Origin: an uncultured Acidobacteriota bacterium
Lineage (GTDB): Bacteria > Acidobacteriota > Thermoanaerobaculia > UBA5066 > DATFVB01
Assembly: GCA_963813155.1 (NCBI GenBank)
Contig: CAWEYG010000006.1
Location: 32,001-96,000, forward strand
Reading direction: 5' to 3'
Length of the DNA: 64,000 nt
The position numbers and the translations under genes were made by a program. Shown in pieces: positions 41,278 through 51,380 of this stretch. Position 1 is the stretch's first letter. Each line of letters begins with the position of its first letter. The notes beneath the pieces were generated by a model. That model had not been told where the DNA came from. It made no database searches and saw only the letters and a list, made by a program, of their open reading frames with translations.

Positions 41278-43638
41278 TCAGTTCTTCGGCTGAGGTTCCG
41301 CCGCCTCTTCGCTCTTTTTCCCCTTGTAGAAGCTCTGCTGGAGCGACCAGGGGAGCGAGAGGAGTCCCTGCCACCGCGGCGTCCATTCCTCGGTCGGCTG
41401 CGATCCGACCGCGAACGCCTCCAGGATCGGGTGCGGAGTGGACGGTGTCGCCCGGAGGCCCGTCTCGTAGTCGACCGGCTGGAACGAGATGTTCGGGGGC
41501 ACCTCGAAATTGGCCTTCGCGTCGATGTAGCCGGCGTCCCGCATCTTTCCGACGATCCGCATCCAGGCCGGCAAAGCCGCGCGGGCTCCCTCCATCTTCG
41601 GGCCCAGCGGAATCCGCTTCTCGTCGTTCCCGACCCACACGCCGATCGTGTACTTCGGGGTGAATCCGAGGAACCAGGCGTCGGTGTATTCGTTCGTCGT
41701 CCCGGTCTTGCCGGCGATGTTGTCGAGATTGAGCTGTCGCGAGCTGGCGGCGGTGCCGCGTTCCATCACCCCCTTGAGCATCCAGAGAAGCTGGAAGCAC
41801 GTCTGGGGCGAGGCGATTTCTTTCGCGTCGGAACGGCTCTGCTCCAGGACGTCCCCCTCGGAATCGGTGACTCGCTCGATCGTGTACGGGGGCACCTGGA
41901 GGCCTTCGTTCGCGAAGGTCTCGTACGCGGTCGTCATTTCCCAGAGCGTCGTTTCGAACGAGCCGAGCGCGATCGAGGGGTAGGCCAGGAGCTGCTCGTG
42001 GATTCCGAACCGGTGCGCGGTGTCGACGACGTTCTTCAACCCGACCATCCTCGCCATCTTCACGGCGGGGATGTTGATGGAATGCTCGAGCGCCCTGCGG
42101 ATCGTGACGATGCCCGAATAGTCGTTGTGGTAGTTGTGAGGCTGGTACGGCGGCTGGTGGGGGTCGATCACGATGGAGATCGGACCGTCGAACAGCGTGT
42201 CGGACGGCGTGTATCCGTTCTCGAGAGCCGTGAGGTAGACGAACGGCTTGAACGAGGAACCGGTCTGTCGCAGCGCCTGGACGGCCCGGTTGAATTTCGA
42301 CTGGTCCCAGTCGTACCCCCCGACCATCGCGCGAACGGCCCCCGTGGCATTCTCGAGGATCAGCACGGCGCCCTGCGCCCGGGGGAGGGGATCGACGGTC
42401 ACGGTCGACTTCCCTTTTTCGTCGGTCTCGGTCGTCAGGGCGACGAGGTCGCCGCGGCGGAGATTCGCGGGAAACGCGGCGGACCCCGTCCAGCGGAACG
42501 CGGAGGGCGCGACGGGCTCGCGGCGGTCCCCGATTTTCAGGATCGCCTGTCTTTTCGTGACGCTGAGCACGACGGCAACGGAAGCCGAATCCGCCTGCGT
42601 GTTTCTCGACCAGGAAGGGTCGACGTAGCGCTCCGGATCGTCGGCGCCCTCTTCGATCACGTTCCGCGGTTTGCGAAAACCGTGGCTCCGTTCGATGTGC
42701 CGCAGGCCCCAGCGAATCGCCTCCTCCGAGAAGGCCTGGAGCTTGGGGTCGAGCGTCGAATCGACGCGGAGGCCCCGGCGGTAGAGGTCTTTTTCGCCGT
42801 AGGTCTTCTCCAGGTACTGTCGGATGTCCTCGCAGAGGTACGGGGCGACGACGGATTCGGGTTGCGACGGCGCTTTCGGAAGCGGTTCGGCTTCCGCGGC
42901 GTCCGCCTGCGCGCGCGTGATCCATCGCTCCTCCAGCATTCGCCGGAGGACGTGCCGGCGCCGGGCGAGGGCCTTGGCGGGATTGCGGAACGGCGAGTAT
43001 TCCTCCGGCCGCTGGATCAGCCCGGCGAGAGTCGCCGCCTCGGCGAGCGTGAGCTTCGACACCGTCTGGCCGAAGTAATAGCGCGCCGCGGACTCCATGC
43101 CGTAGTTCCCGTGGCCGAGGTAGATCTGGTTGCAGTACAGCGTGAGGATCTGGTCCTTCGTGAAGCGCCGTTCGATCTCGACCGCGAGGAGCGCCTCGTT
43201 GACCTTGCGCGAGAGGCTCTTCTGCGGCGTCAGGAAGACGGCGCGGGCGAGCTGTTGGGTCAGCGTCGAAGCCCCCTCGGCGTAACGGTGAAGAACGAAG
43301 TCCTTGATTCCCGCCGAAGCGATGCGGAGGAGGTCGATTCCCCCGTGGTGGTAGAAGTTCTTGTCTTCGGTCGCGACGATCGCGTTCTTGAGAGAGGCCG
43401 GAAGGTCGCGCTGGCGAACGAGGATCCTTCGCTCGACGGCGTAGCGCGCGATCGTCGAGCCATCCGCAGCCCGGATTTCGGTGATGATGTCCGGCCGGTA
43501 CGTGGCGAGCTCTTCGACGCGCGGAATTCGAATCAGGTGCGCGCCGGCGTACCCCGCGAGGATGCCGAGCGCTGCCGCGAGCGCGACCGGGACGAGGACC
43601 GGCGCCGAAAGGAGGCGCCGGCGCAGCGTGGCCGTCAT
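41278..43638 (-). CDS. Penicillin-binding protein 1A family (transglycosylase-transpeptidase)
   Basis: EDKNFYHH, GASTLTQQLAR, RKVNE, GSSFKP (SxxK), SIN, KTGT. Confidence 0.95.
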   Translation of the reverse strand: MTATLRRRLLSAPVLVPVALAAALGILAGYAGAHLIRIPRVEELATYRPDIITEIRAADGSTIARYAVERRILVRQRDLPASLKNAIVATEDKNFYHHGGIDLLRIASAGIKDFVLHRYAEGASTLTQQLARAVFLTPQKSLSRKVNEALLAVEIERRFTKDQILTLYCNQIYLGHGNYGMESAARYYFGQTVSKLTLAEAATLAGLIQRPEEYSPFRNPAKALARRRHVLRRMLEERWITRAQADAAEAEPLPKAPSQPESVVAPYLCEDIRQYLEKTYGEKDLYRRGLRVDSTLDPKLQAFSEEAIRWGLRHIERSHGFRKPRNVIEEGADDPERYVDPSWSRNTQADSASVAVVLSVTKRQAILKIGDRREPVAPSAFRWTGSAAFPANLRRGDLVALTTETDEKGKSTVTVDPLPRAQGAVLILENATGAVRAMVGGYDWDQSKFNRAVQALRQTGSSFKPFVYLTALENGYTPSDTLFDGPISIVIDPHQPPYQPHNYHNDYSGIVTIRRALEHSINIPAVKMARMVGLKNVVDTAHRFGIHEQLLAYPSIALGSFETTLWEMTTAYETFANEGLQVPPYTIERVTDSEGDVLEQSRSDAKEIASPQTCFQLLWMLKGVMERGTAASSRQLNLDNIAGKTGTTNEYTDAWFLGFTPKYTIGVWVGNDEKRIPLGPKMEGARAALPAWMRIVGKMRDAGYIDAKANFEVPPNISFQPVDYETGLRATPSTPHPILEAFAVGSQPTEEWTPRWQGLLSLPWSLQQSFYKGKKSEEAAEPQPKN

Positions 43639-45044
43639 GCGCGCTTCAACCGGAGCGCGGCACGCTCGAGGATCTCTTCGCAGGCGGCCCGGTCCTCGTG
43701 TTCGCAGTACAGTCGGATCATCGGCTCCGTTCCGGAGCGTCGCAGCAGGAGCCACCCCTGCTCGCCGAAGAGCAGCTTGACGCCGTCCTTGACGACGCAG
43801 CCCGTCACGCGGCGCCCGGCGACCGAGCGGGGGGGCGACGCGGCGACCCGGTCGAGAAACGCGCGCACGGCCGGCAGCGGCCAGGGAATGTCGCGGCGGG
43901 AATACTCGAAGCTCCCGAACTCCCCGGCCATGTCGGCGAGGGCGGCGTCGAGCGTGCGTCCCGTTTTCGCGAGGTGTTCGAGGAGAACGAGCGCGGAAAG
44001 GGTTCCGTCGCGTTCCGGGAGATAGAACGCGAACCCGTAGCCGCCGCTCTCCTCGCCGCCGACGACGGCTTTCCCGGAGATCATGAGGTCCGCGACGTAT
44101 TTGAAGCCGATCGACGTCTCGAAGAGGGGGACGCCGAGGCGGGAAGCGATGCGGTCGATCAGGAGCGACGTCGAAAACGTCTTCGCGATTCCGCCCGCGA
44201 GGCCACGCACGCGCAGCGTGTGCAGGATCAGGAGGCCGAGAACGCGGTGGGCGGAGACGAATGCCCCGCGCGAATCCAGGACCCCGAGGCGGTCGGCATC
44301 GCCGTCGTTGGCGGCCGCGAGCGCGAACCCTCCCTCGCGGACGCGCCGGGCGGCGGCGGAGAGGTTGGCCCCGATCGGTTCCGGATGGCCTCCTCCGAAC
44401 GAGACGTCCCGATCGGCGCGCATCGTCTCGACCCGGGCCCCCGGACCGGCGACGATCTCCTCGAACAGGCGGCCGGCGGCGCCGTGCATCGCGTCGATCA
44501 GGACGGGGATGCCGGCCGACCGGATGGCCTCGACGTCGACGACCCCGGCGAGCGCCTGCCGGTACGCCGTCCAGAGGTCGGTCCGGACGACGGGCGCGGG
44601 CCGCGATCCCTTCCGGAACGGCCGATCGACTCTCTTCTCGACCTGTTCATACAGCTGCGGAGGAGCGCTTCCGCCGTAGTGGGCCTTCAGCTTGAACCCG
44701 TTGTAGGTTGCCGGATTGTGGCTCGCCGTGATCGCGACACCTCCCGAAAGGCCGAGACGGCGGACGTGGAGAGAGACTGCCGGCGTCGGGATCGGGCGAT
44801 CCGAGAGGAGAACCTCGATCCCGGCCGAGCGGAAGACCTCCGCGACGACCGCGGCAAACTCTTCGGACAGAAATCGCGTGTCGTGGCCCACGACGATGCG
44901 GGTGCGGTCGCCGGGGCCGAAGGCGCCCTCGCGATAGCAGCCGGCCGCCGCGGTCGCGAGGCGTCGAAAAGTCTCGAACGTGGCGTCTTCGGCGATGGTG
45001 CCGCGCCAGCCGTCCGTTCCGAAGCGAAGCGAGGGGAGCGTCAA
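43635..45044 (-). CDS. Phosphoglucomutase/phosphomannomutase family protein
   Basis: FGTDGWRG, ITASHNP, DGDADR, GEESGG, RRSGTEP. Confidence 0.95.
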   Translation of the reverse strand: MTLPSLRFGTDGWRGTIAEDATFETFRRLATAAAGCYREGAFGPGDRTRIVVGHDTRFLSEEFAAVVAEVFRSAGIEVLLSDRPIPTPAVSLHVRRLGLSGGVAITASHNPATYNGFKLKAHYGGSAPPQLYEQVEKRVDRPFRKGSRPAPVVRTDLWTAYRQALAGVVDVEAIRSAGIPVLIDAMHGAAGRLFEEIVAGPGARVETMRADRDVSFGGGHPEPIGANLSAAARRVREGGFALAAANDGDADRLGVLDSRGAFVSAHRVLGLLILHTLRVRGLAGGIAKTFSTSLLIDRIASRLGVPLFETSIGFKYVADLMISGKAVVGGEESGGYGFAFYLPERDGTLSALVLLEHLAKTGRTLDAALADMAGEFGSFEYSRRDIPWPLPAVRAFLDRVAASPPRSVAGRRVTGCVVKDGVKLLFGEQGWLLLRRSGTEPMIRLYCEHEDRAACEEILERAALRLKRA

Positions 45045-46129
45045 CGGGGTACGCTTTCCGCCCGAAGAAATTCGGTCGCCGTCGCGAAGCGATAGCCTTC
45101 CGCGGCGAGGCCGTCCAGCAGGCGCGGAACTTCCCGCCCGACGGGGTCTCCCTTCCTCTCGGAGCCGAGGTGCATGAGAATGATTCCGCCGGGCCGCGCG
45201 GCCGCGAGAAGGCGATCGATGACCCGGCGCGAGGAACGATACCGCGGGGACGCTTCGTCGGAGACCCAGTCGAGCGAATCGAGGCTCTCTCCGGTCCCGT
45301 GAGTCCAGGAGACGTGGGCATACCCGGCGCTCGCGGCCCATGCGCGAATCTCCGCGTTCTCCTCACCGAATGGAGCGCGCCAGATCGGGGCCATCTTTCG
45401 GCCCGTCGTCTTTTCGTAGGCTTCCGCGGTCCTCCGCAACTCCTCCCGAAGAAAGTCTTCCGTCACGCCCGGGCGAAGTTTCTGGCCGCCGCCCGAGGCG
45501 AAGAGGGTCAGGTGCGGGTGGGTGAAGGTGTGATTGCCGACTTCGTGGCCGTCCTCGGCGACTCGTCGGGCGACCGCGGGGTATCGCGAGATGAATTCTC
45601 CCGTGAGGAACACGGTCGTCCGAATGGACCGATTCCGCAGCGCGTCGAGGATCTCGTTCGCGCCGCGGTCCGAAGAGCCTGCGTCGAAAGAGAGCACGAT
45701 CGGCCGATCGGCCGCCGCCGACGGCGGGGCTTCCAGAAGATCCGGAGGGCCGTTGGGCCGGAGGCGGGCGGCGATTCGAACGGTTGCCGGCTTCGAAGCC
45801 GGTTGGGCGATCGGGCGATCCGCGGGCGCGAGACGGACGGATGCGGGCAGGGCGGCCGGCGCCGGAGGTCGGGCGGCGGGCCCGGCGGAGGGGCGAGGCC
45901 GAAGCGCCCACCACGCGGCCCCGGCCGCGAACGCGACGAGGATCGAGGCCGCGAGAAATCCGGCGGCCGGAGTCTTCGGCGGGTTGGAAGCGGCCAGATT
46001 CGCGCACGCCGGCCCGCAGTAGAGCCGGCCCCCGCGGCGGAACTCGCAGCGCGCGCAGACCGGACGCCGGCACGATCGGCAGGTCCGCGGCGCTCGCTCC
46101 TTCGGATGTCGGGGACAGAGACGGGGCAC
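45041..46129 (-). CDS. Polysaccharide deacetylase (CE4) with N-terminal B-box-like zinc finger and TM segment
   Basis: CPRH...CRSC..VCARC..YCGPAC; LSFDAG, GNHTFTHP, WRAPFGE, IILMH. Confidence 0.85.
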   Translation of the reverse strand: MPRLCPRHPKERAPRTCRSCRRPVCARCEFRRGGRLYCGPACANLAASNPPKTPAAGFLAASILVAFAAGAAWWALRPRPSAGPAARPPAPAALPASVRLAPADRPIAQPASKPATVRIAARLRPNGPPDLLEAPPSAAADRPIVLSFDAGSSDRGANEILDALRNRSIRTTVFLTGEFISRYPAVARRVAEDGHEVGNHTFTHPHLTLFASGGGQKLRPGVTEDFLREELRRTAEAYEKTTGRKMAPIWRAPFGEENAEIRAWAASAGYAHVSWTHGTGESLDSLDWVSDEASPRYRSSRRVIDRLLAAARPGGIILMHLGSERKGDPVGREVPRLLDGLAAEGYRFATATEFLRAESVPR

Positions 46130-46237
46130 GAAGCGATTCTCGCACGAGTTCGCGTTCTCGACGAGAGAACCGGCGGCGGCGTTTCGCCCGGCGCCGAAAC
46201 CTTGATCGAGACCCCTGCCTCTGAGAGAATTCAGCGG

Positions 46238-46786
46238 TTGAAGCTGAATCTTCCGAACTGGCTGACACTCCTCCGGATCTTCCTGGTTCCGTTCCTCGTC
46301 GTCGTGCTGCTCACGAAATTCGATTTTCGGGAAGTCCTCGGGCTCGCGATCTTCTGGCTGGCCGCGATCACGGACTTCTTCGACGGTTATTTCGCGCGAA
46401 AGCGCAAAGAGGTGACGCGCCTCGGCACGCTTCTCGACCCGATCGCCGACAAGCTTCTCACCTCGGCCGCTTTCATTTCGCTCGTCGATCTCGGCGTCGC
46501 CCCCGCGTGGACCGTCGTCGTGATCATCGGCCGCGAGTTCGCGGTTTCGGGGCTGCGCTCGATCGCGGCGGATCGCGGCATCATGATTCCCGCTTCGCCG
46601 CTCGGAAAATTCAAGATGTTCTCGCAGATCGTCGCGATCTCGCTGCTGATCGTGAGGTTCCGCTACGGGTGGCTCGCGACGACGTCGAAGGTCGCGCTCT
46701 ACACGGTCGTCTTCTTCGCGGTCGCGTCCGCCGTGGACTACTTCCAGAAATTCTGGCGAAGCGTTCTCGTCGAAGAGCCGGTGTGA
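46238..46786 (+). CDS. pgsA: CDP-diacylglycerol--glycerol-3-phosphate 3-phosphatidyltransferase
   Basis: NLPNWLTLLRI, TDFFDGYFARK, GTLLDPIADKLL, REFAVSGLR. Confidence 0.92.
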   Translation: MKLNLPNWLTLLRIFLVPFLVVVLLTKFDFREVLGLAIFWLAAITDFFDGYFARKRKEVTRLGTLLDPIADKLLTSAAFISLVDLGVAPAWTVVVIIGREFAVSGLRSIAADRGIMIPASPLGKFKMFSQIVAISLLIVRFRYGWLATTSKVALYTVVFFAVASAVDYFQKFWRSVLVEEPV

Positions 46787-46905
46787 TTCGCCTCTCCCCC
46801 TGCGGGAGAGGCCGCCGCGCAGCGGCGGGTGAGGGGGACGTACTCGGGCTACCCCTCACCCTCCGCACCTTCGGTGCTCCACCCTCTCCCTCAAGGGGAG
46901 AGGGG
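46785..46905. repeat. Composite BoxC-like element between convergent pgsA and trmB
   Basis: cctctccccctgcgggagagg...gggtgagggg...cccctcaccc...ccctctccctcaaggggagaggg. Confidence 0.85.
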
Positions 46906-46916
46906 GATGCGGACGC

Positions 46917-47522
46917 TCAGCTCTTCTTCAGCAAGAAACGGTGGAAGTCGCGTCCGAGGACGCGGTACTTCAGCTCGTAGTGGGTCGGCGGGGGAGCTTC
47001 CTCGCTCTCCCAGGGGGCCGGCCGCCAGCCGATGCCGGACCGGCGAATTTCTTCGATCGCCTCGCCGATGGCGGCCGCGTATTCCTCGTGGTCGGTGACG
47101 ACGCGAAAGGTCGCGCCGGGGACGGCCTTCGGGAAGGTCGAGGCGAAGAACTCCGCGCGGAGGAGCCGCCTCTTCCGCTGCTTTTTCTTCGGCCAGGGGT
47201 CGAGGAAATATGCGTGGAAAGCGGAGACGGAGGAGTCGGCGAGAAAATCCACGATCTCCTCCGCCTGGGCGCGCACGATGCAGACGTTGGGCAGCCCGGC
47301 GCGCTCGACCCGATCGCGGGCGATGCGGTAATAGGAGAGGCTTCGCTCCAGACCGAGGTAATTGCGATCCGGGTGGCGCCGCCCGGACTCGATGAGGAAC
47401 CGCGCCTTGCCCGAACCGAACTCGATTTCCAGCGGCGCCTCGCCCGGGAAGAGCGCGCCGGGGGAAAACGGCGCCGTCCGCACGTGTTCGTCGGGCGTCA
47501 AAGGGAGTCGCGTTGAATCCAT
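46917..47522 (-). CDS. trmB: tRNA (guanine-N7)-methyltransferase
   Basis: LEIEFGSGKARF, NYLGLE, YFLDPWPKKKQRKRRL, VTDHEEY, THYE.KY. Confidence 0.88.
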   Translation of the reverse strand: MDSTRLPLTPDEHVRTAPFSPGALFPGEAPLEIEFGSGKARFLIESGRRHPDRNYLGLERSLSYYRIARDRVERAGLPNVCIVRAQAEEIVDFLADSSVSAFHAYFLDPWPKKKQRKRRLLRAEFFASTFPKAVPGATFRVVTDHEEYAAAIGEAIEEIRRSGIGWRPAPWESEEAPPPTHYELKYRVLGRDFHRFLLKKS

Positions 47523-47553
47523 CGCAGGGTGGATGCTAACCTCGACCGCGCGA

Positions 47554-47847
47554 ATGCCGACAGTCGTATTTCTCAACGAGGGGAAGGCGGGCCAGGTCCC
47601 CGAAGGCACGTCCGTCCTCGACGCCGCGCTCTCGATGGGGGTCCGAATCTCGCACGTGTGCAACGGCGGGGGCACCTGTTCCACTTGCCGGGTCGAAGCG
47701 GTCGCGGGCGGCGATAACCTCTCGCCGATCGAGCCCAACGAGATTGCCTACACGATGGGGCCGAATGTGCGCCTCGGCTGCCAGGCGAGAATCCGCGGAA
47801 ACGTCGGCGTCCGCGTTCTCATCATTCCGAAGATCGAGTTGTACTGA
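47554..47847 (+). CDS. 2Fe-2S ferredoxin
   Basis: CNGGGTCSTC...RLGCQ. Confidence 0.9.
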   Translation: MPTVVFLNEGKAGQVPEGTSVLDAALSMGVRISHVCNGGGTCSTCRVEAVAGGDNLSPIEPNEIAYTMGPNVRLGCQARIRGNVGVRVLIIPKIELY

Positions 47848-47865
47848 GGGAAAGCCGCCGGCCCG

Positions 47866-49521
47866 CTAGCGCGCCGGATTTCCGGTGCCGAGAGCGGCCG
47901 TTTCGAGGTCTCTCGCCGCGCTGGCCTTCGCGAGAGCGGCCTGCGCGTCGGCGGAGGCGGGCGACAGCTGGGCTTCCTTTTCGAACGCCCGCGCCGCTTC
48001 CCCGAAACGGCCGAGCTGGAACTCGGCGACCCCGAGGTCGTGGGCGAGGATCGCCGATTCCGGGTGTTCCGCCTGCGACTTCCGGAGGAGCTCGGCGGCG
48101 GCCGCCCAGTTCGAGGCCGCGGCGAGCCCGGCGGCCCTGCCGGTGATCGCGATCTCGTCGCCGCCGGAGATTTCCAGGGAATGCGAGAACGCCTCCGCCG
48201 CGCCGTTGCCGTCGTTGCCCGCGAGGAGGACCGTTCCCAGAGCGTTCCAGGAGCCGGCGTCCTTCGCGTCGATTCGAACCGCCTCGCGCAACTCGCGCTC
48301 GGATTCCTTGAGCATTTTCGATCTCATGTAGTCGCGGCCGAGGTGGGCGTGGTACGCGGCGACGGAGCCGTCGAGCTTGACCGCTTCGATCGCCTGATCG
48401 GTGGCGGGCCCGAGCTCGTTCTCCGACGCGAGGTACACGCCGAATCGATCCCGTGCGGCCGCGTTCTTCGGATCGATCTCGGTCGCCTGCCCGAACGCGA
48501 GGCGCGCTCCGCTTTTGTCCCCGAGCAGGACGAGCGCTTCGCCGAGGCCCGAGGCCGCGGGCTGGGACCGGGGATTGAGCTCCAGCGCTCTCCGGTAGTG
48601 CGCGGCCGCCGTGTTCGGCTGGCCGGCCTTCTCGGCGATCCGGGCGAGACCGATCTGGGTTCTCCCGTCCGCGGGGTCGAGGGCGCTCGCGGCGAGAAAT
48701 TCGCGTTCGGCCGTCGCCGCGTCTCCCTGTCCGAGCGCCGCCTCTCCCGCGATGCGGTGGGCCGGCGCGCTCCGGGGATCGATTTCCTGGGCCTTGTGGG
48801 CCGCGTCGAGCGCGCCCGCAAAGTCGCCTTTCGCCAGCGCCTGCTCGCCGTTGGCGAGGAGCTCGTTCGGGTTCCCCGGGGGAGGCGGCGGCGGGGCGGT
48901 CGCGGCACCCGCGGGAGGAAGCGCGCCGATGGACGATTCGGAAATGCCGCCCGCCTCGAGCACCGAAGCCCGTTTCTTCTCGGCCTCGGCTTCGGCCGTC
49001 TTGCCGACCTTCTCGTATGCCTGGGAAAGAAGGCGATGGATTTCCGGGTCGTTGGAGTCCGAGACGCGCTTGAGGTCGTACACGACGTCCTGGGCGAGCC
49101 CGCCGGCGAGCCGCTCCCGCGCCGAGGCCTTCAGGGCCTCGAAATCGACCTTGGGCGGCGGCGGCATTTCCGCCTTGATCGCCGAAGCGAGCTTCGCGAA
49201 ATCGTCGCTGTAGAACTCGGGGAGCACCTGGAGTTGGGGACGCGCGAGGAACGCTTTCTTCAGCGCCGAGCGCGAGCCGGGGACGTCTCCGCCGATGTAG
49301 CACGCCCACGCGGACTGCAGCGCGAGGTCCGCGACCCGATCGGGCTCGAGCGTCGGCTCATTGGAAGCCTGCAGGTATTTTGCGGCGGCTTCGCGGAATT
49401 TTCCCGCTTCGAACGCGCGCCGCGCGTCCGCAACGAGCTTCTCGGTGTCCGCCGCGAAAGCGAGGAGCGAGCAAAGCAGGGCGAACGCAGCGATTCCGGC
49501 GAGCCGGGCTCTTCCCTTCAT
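47866..49521 (-). CDS. Secreted tetratricopeptide repeat protein
   Basis: Signal peptide MKGRARLAGIAAFALL; repeated ...ALELNP/ATEIDP TPR ends. Confidence 0.85.
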   Translation of the reverse strand: MKGRARLAGIAAFALLCSLLAFAADTEKLVADARRAFEAGKFREAAAKYLQASNEPTLEPDRVADLALQSAWACYIGGDVPGSRSALKKAFLARPQLQVLPEFYSDDFAKLASAIKAEMPPPPKVDFEALKASARERLAGGLAQDVVYDLKRVSDSNDPEIHRLLSQAYEKVGKTAEAEAEKKRASVLEAGGISESSIGALPPAGAATAPPPPPPGNPNELLANGEQALAKGDFAGALDAAHKAQEIDPRSAPAHRIAGEAALGQGDAATAEREFLAASALDPADGRTQIGLARIAEKAGQPNTAAAHYRRALELNPRSQPAASGLGEALVLLGDKSGARLAFGQATEIDPKNAAARDRFGVYLASENELGPATDQAIEAVKLDGSVAAYHAHLGRDYMRSKMLKESERELREAVRIDAKDAGSWNALGTVLLAGNDGNGAAEAFSHSLEISGGDEIAITGRAAGLAAASNWAAAAELLRKSQAEHPESAILAHDLGVAEFQLGRFGEAARAFEKEAQLSPASADAQAALAKASAARDLETAALGTGNPAR

Positions 49522-51338
49522 GGGTTCCTGTCCGGCGGGGCGATGTGGAGCTCCTCCCGCTTTCCGGCCTGGATCGTGATCGTCTTGAGCACCGGCGGAA
49601 TTCCCTCCGCGGAGATGGCCACTTCGTGGGCTCCCGGGGAAACGAGCAGCGGAATGGTCGGAATCCGGCCGCGCGTCTTCCCGTCGACGAGGACTCTCGC
49701 GCCCTTCCACTCCGGGCTCGCGGTGATGAGAATCGACCCGACAGGGAAGGAATGGAAGAAAGTGTCTTTCTCGCCTTTCCCGACCTTGAAGCTTTCGGTG
49801 TATTCGGTCCCGTCTTCGAGGTCGAACCGCAGGCGGTGCGGGCCTTCGTCGAGCTTCAGCGTTTGGCGAGGAACCGTGTCGCCGATTTCCTTGCCGTCGA
49901 TGAAGAGAGTCGAGTTCGGCGTCGTCGAGAAATTCACGGCGTATCTCTTCGCGGGCGCAGCCTCTTCGGTGGACTTTTCGGGGGCCTTCTTCACGGCCGC
50001 CGTTTCGCTGGGTTTCGCCGCGGGAGGCGGTTCGACGGCCTTCGCGGCCGCCGGGGCCGGGAGCTCGGCGGATGTCGTCGCCGGCGCGGCGCCGGGAGGA
50101 GGAACCGCGGGAGCGGCCGGAGACGTGGCCGGGGCCGGCGCGGCCGTTTGCGCGATCTGGGCCGGGCGAATTTTGAACCAGTAGAACGCGCCGGCGCCCG
50201 CGAGCAGCACCGCGACGACGGCGAAAACGATCCCCATATTCGACTTCGATTCCTTCGGGGCCGCGCCCGACAGGCTTTGCGGAACGGGCGGGAGCGCTTC
50301 GCCCCCGGAAGGGTTCCGGAAGTCCATCAATTCCAGCGACCGGGCCGCGGAGTTGGGCGCGGGAGTCGCGTCGGCCGGCGCGGAGAGATTCGGAGACCGG
50401 GCGAGCGCGCCCGAAGGGGGAGTGACGCCCGCTTCGAAGTGCGACGTCATCGCCTCGGAGTTGTCGATGTCCGGCACCGCGCGGATGTGCTCGCGCGCCG
50501 GGGTGCGGGCCGTGACGCCCGGTTCCCCGCCCAGGGTCTCGAGCACGGCCGTGAGGTCCCGGCGAAAATCCGCGACGGTCTCGTATCTCTCCGTCGGCGA
50601 CTTCTCCATCGCGGTCGCGACCGCGTTGTCGAGGGCGGGAGGCGCGTCGGGGGACTGGGCCGAGATCGGCTCGGGCTTCTCGTTGAGAATCTTGAACAAC
50701 ACGGTCGAGATGTGCTCTCCCCGGAACGGCTTCTGGTAGGTGAAGAGCTCGTAGGCGAGGACTCCGAGCGAGAAAATATCGGTGCGAGGGTCGACGCCTT
50801 CGCCGCGAATCTGCTCGGGAGCGAGATACGCGGCCGTGCCGAGAGTGATTCCGGTCTGCGTGAGGTTGGATTCGGTCTGAAAGGACTTCGCGATGCCGAA
50901 ATCCATGATCTTGACGTCGCCGTTGGCGAGGACGCGGACGTTCGACGGCTTGATGTCGCGGTGAATGATCCCCGCGCCGTGCGCGTACCCGAGTCCGTCG
51001 CAGATGTCCTGGAGGATTTCGAGCTTCCGGCGAAGGGGAATCACGTCGCCGCGCTTGACCATCTTGTCGAGGTCCTCGCCGGTCAGATATTCCTGGACGA
51101 TGTAGGGAATTCCGTCCTGGACGCCGAAGTCGTAGATCGTCGTGATGTTGCGGTGATGAAGGTTTCCCGAGAGCTCCGCCTCGCGAAAGAAACGCTTCTT
51201 GATTTCGTCGTCGTCGGACTGGCAGGTTTTGACCGCGACCGTTCTCTTGATGAACGGATCCCGACCCCGATAGACCGTGCCGAACCCGCCGACGCCGATC
51301 TTTTCGACGATTTCGTACTTCCCGAGTTTTTCGATCAT
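49518..51338 (-). CDS. Hanks-type Ser/Thr protein kinase with TM segment and PEGA-like domains
   Basis: GVGGFG, VAVK, HRDIKPSN, DFG, YLAPE; TM segment; C-terminal beta-rich repeats; RBS GGAGG. Confidence 0.93.
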   Translation of the reverse strand: MIEKLGKYEIVEKIGVGGFGTVYRGRDPFIKRTVAVKTCQSDDDEIKKRFFREAELSGNLHHRNITTIYDFGVQDGIPYIVQEYLTGEDLDKMVKRGDVIPLRRKLEILQDICDGLGYAHGAGIIHRDIKPSNVRVLANGDVKIMDFGIAKSFQTESNLTQTGITLGTAAYLAPEQIRGEGVDPRTDIFSLGVLAYELFTYQKPFRGEHISTVLFKILNEKPEPISAQSPDAPPALDNAVATAMEKSPTERYETVADFRRDLTAVLETLGGEPGVTARTPAREHIRAVPDIDNSEAMTSHFEAGVTPPSGALARSPNLSAPADATPAPNSAARSLELMDFRNPSGGEALPPVPQSLSGAAPKESKSNMGIVFAVVAVLLAGAGAFYWFKIRPAQIAQTAAPAPATSPAAPAVPPPGAAPATTSAELPAPAAAKAVEPPPAAKPSETAAVKKAPEKSTEEAAPAKRYAVNFSTTPNSTLFIDGKEIGDTVPRQTLKLDEGPHRLRFDLEDGTEYTESFKVGKGEKDTFFHSFPVGSILITASPEWKGARVLVDGKTRGRIPTIPLLVSPGAHEVAISAEGIPPVLKTITIQAGKREELHIAPPDRNP

Positions 51339-51380
51339 CAGCCTCCGCAAGTTTAATCGAAGCGAGGGGTTCGGTAAAGT

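Noticed and set aside
5112-46905. Palindromic repeats as a CRISPR array, tRNAs or ordinary terminators
   Set aside because: They are dispersed, with no regular spacers, no cas genes, no cloverleaf and no U-tract.
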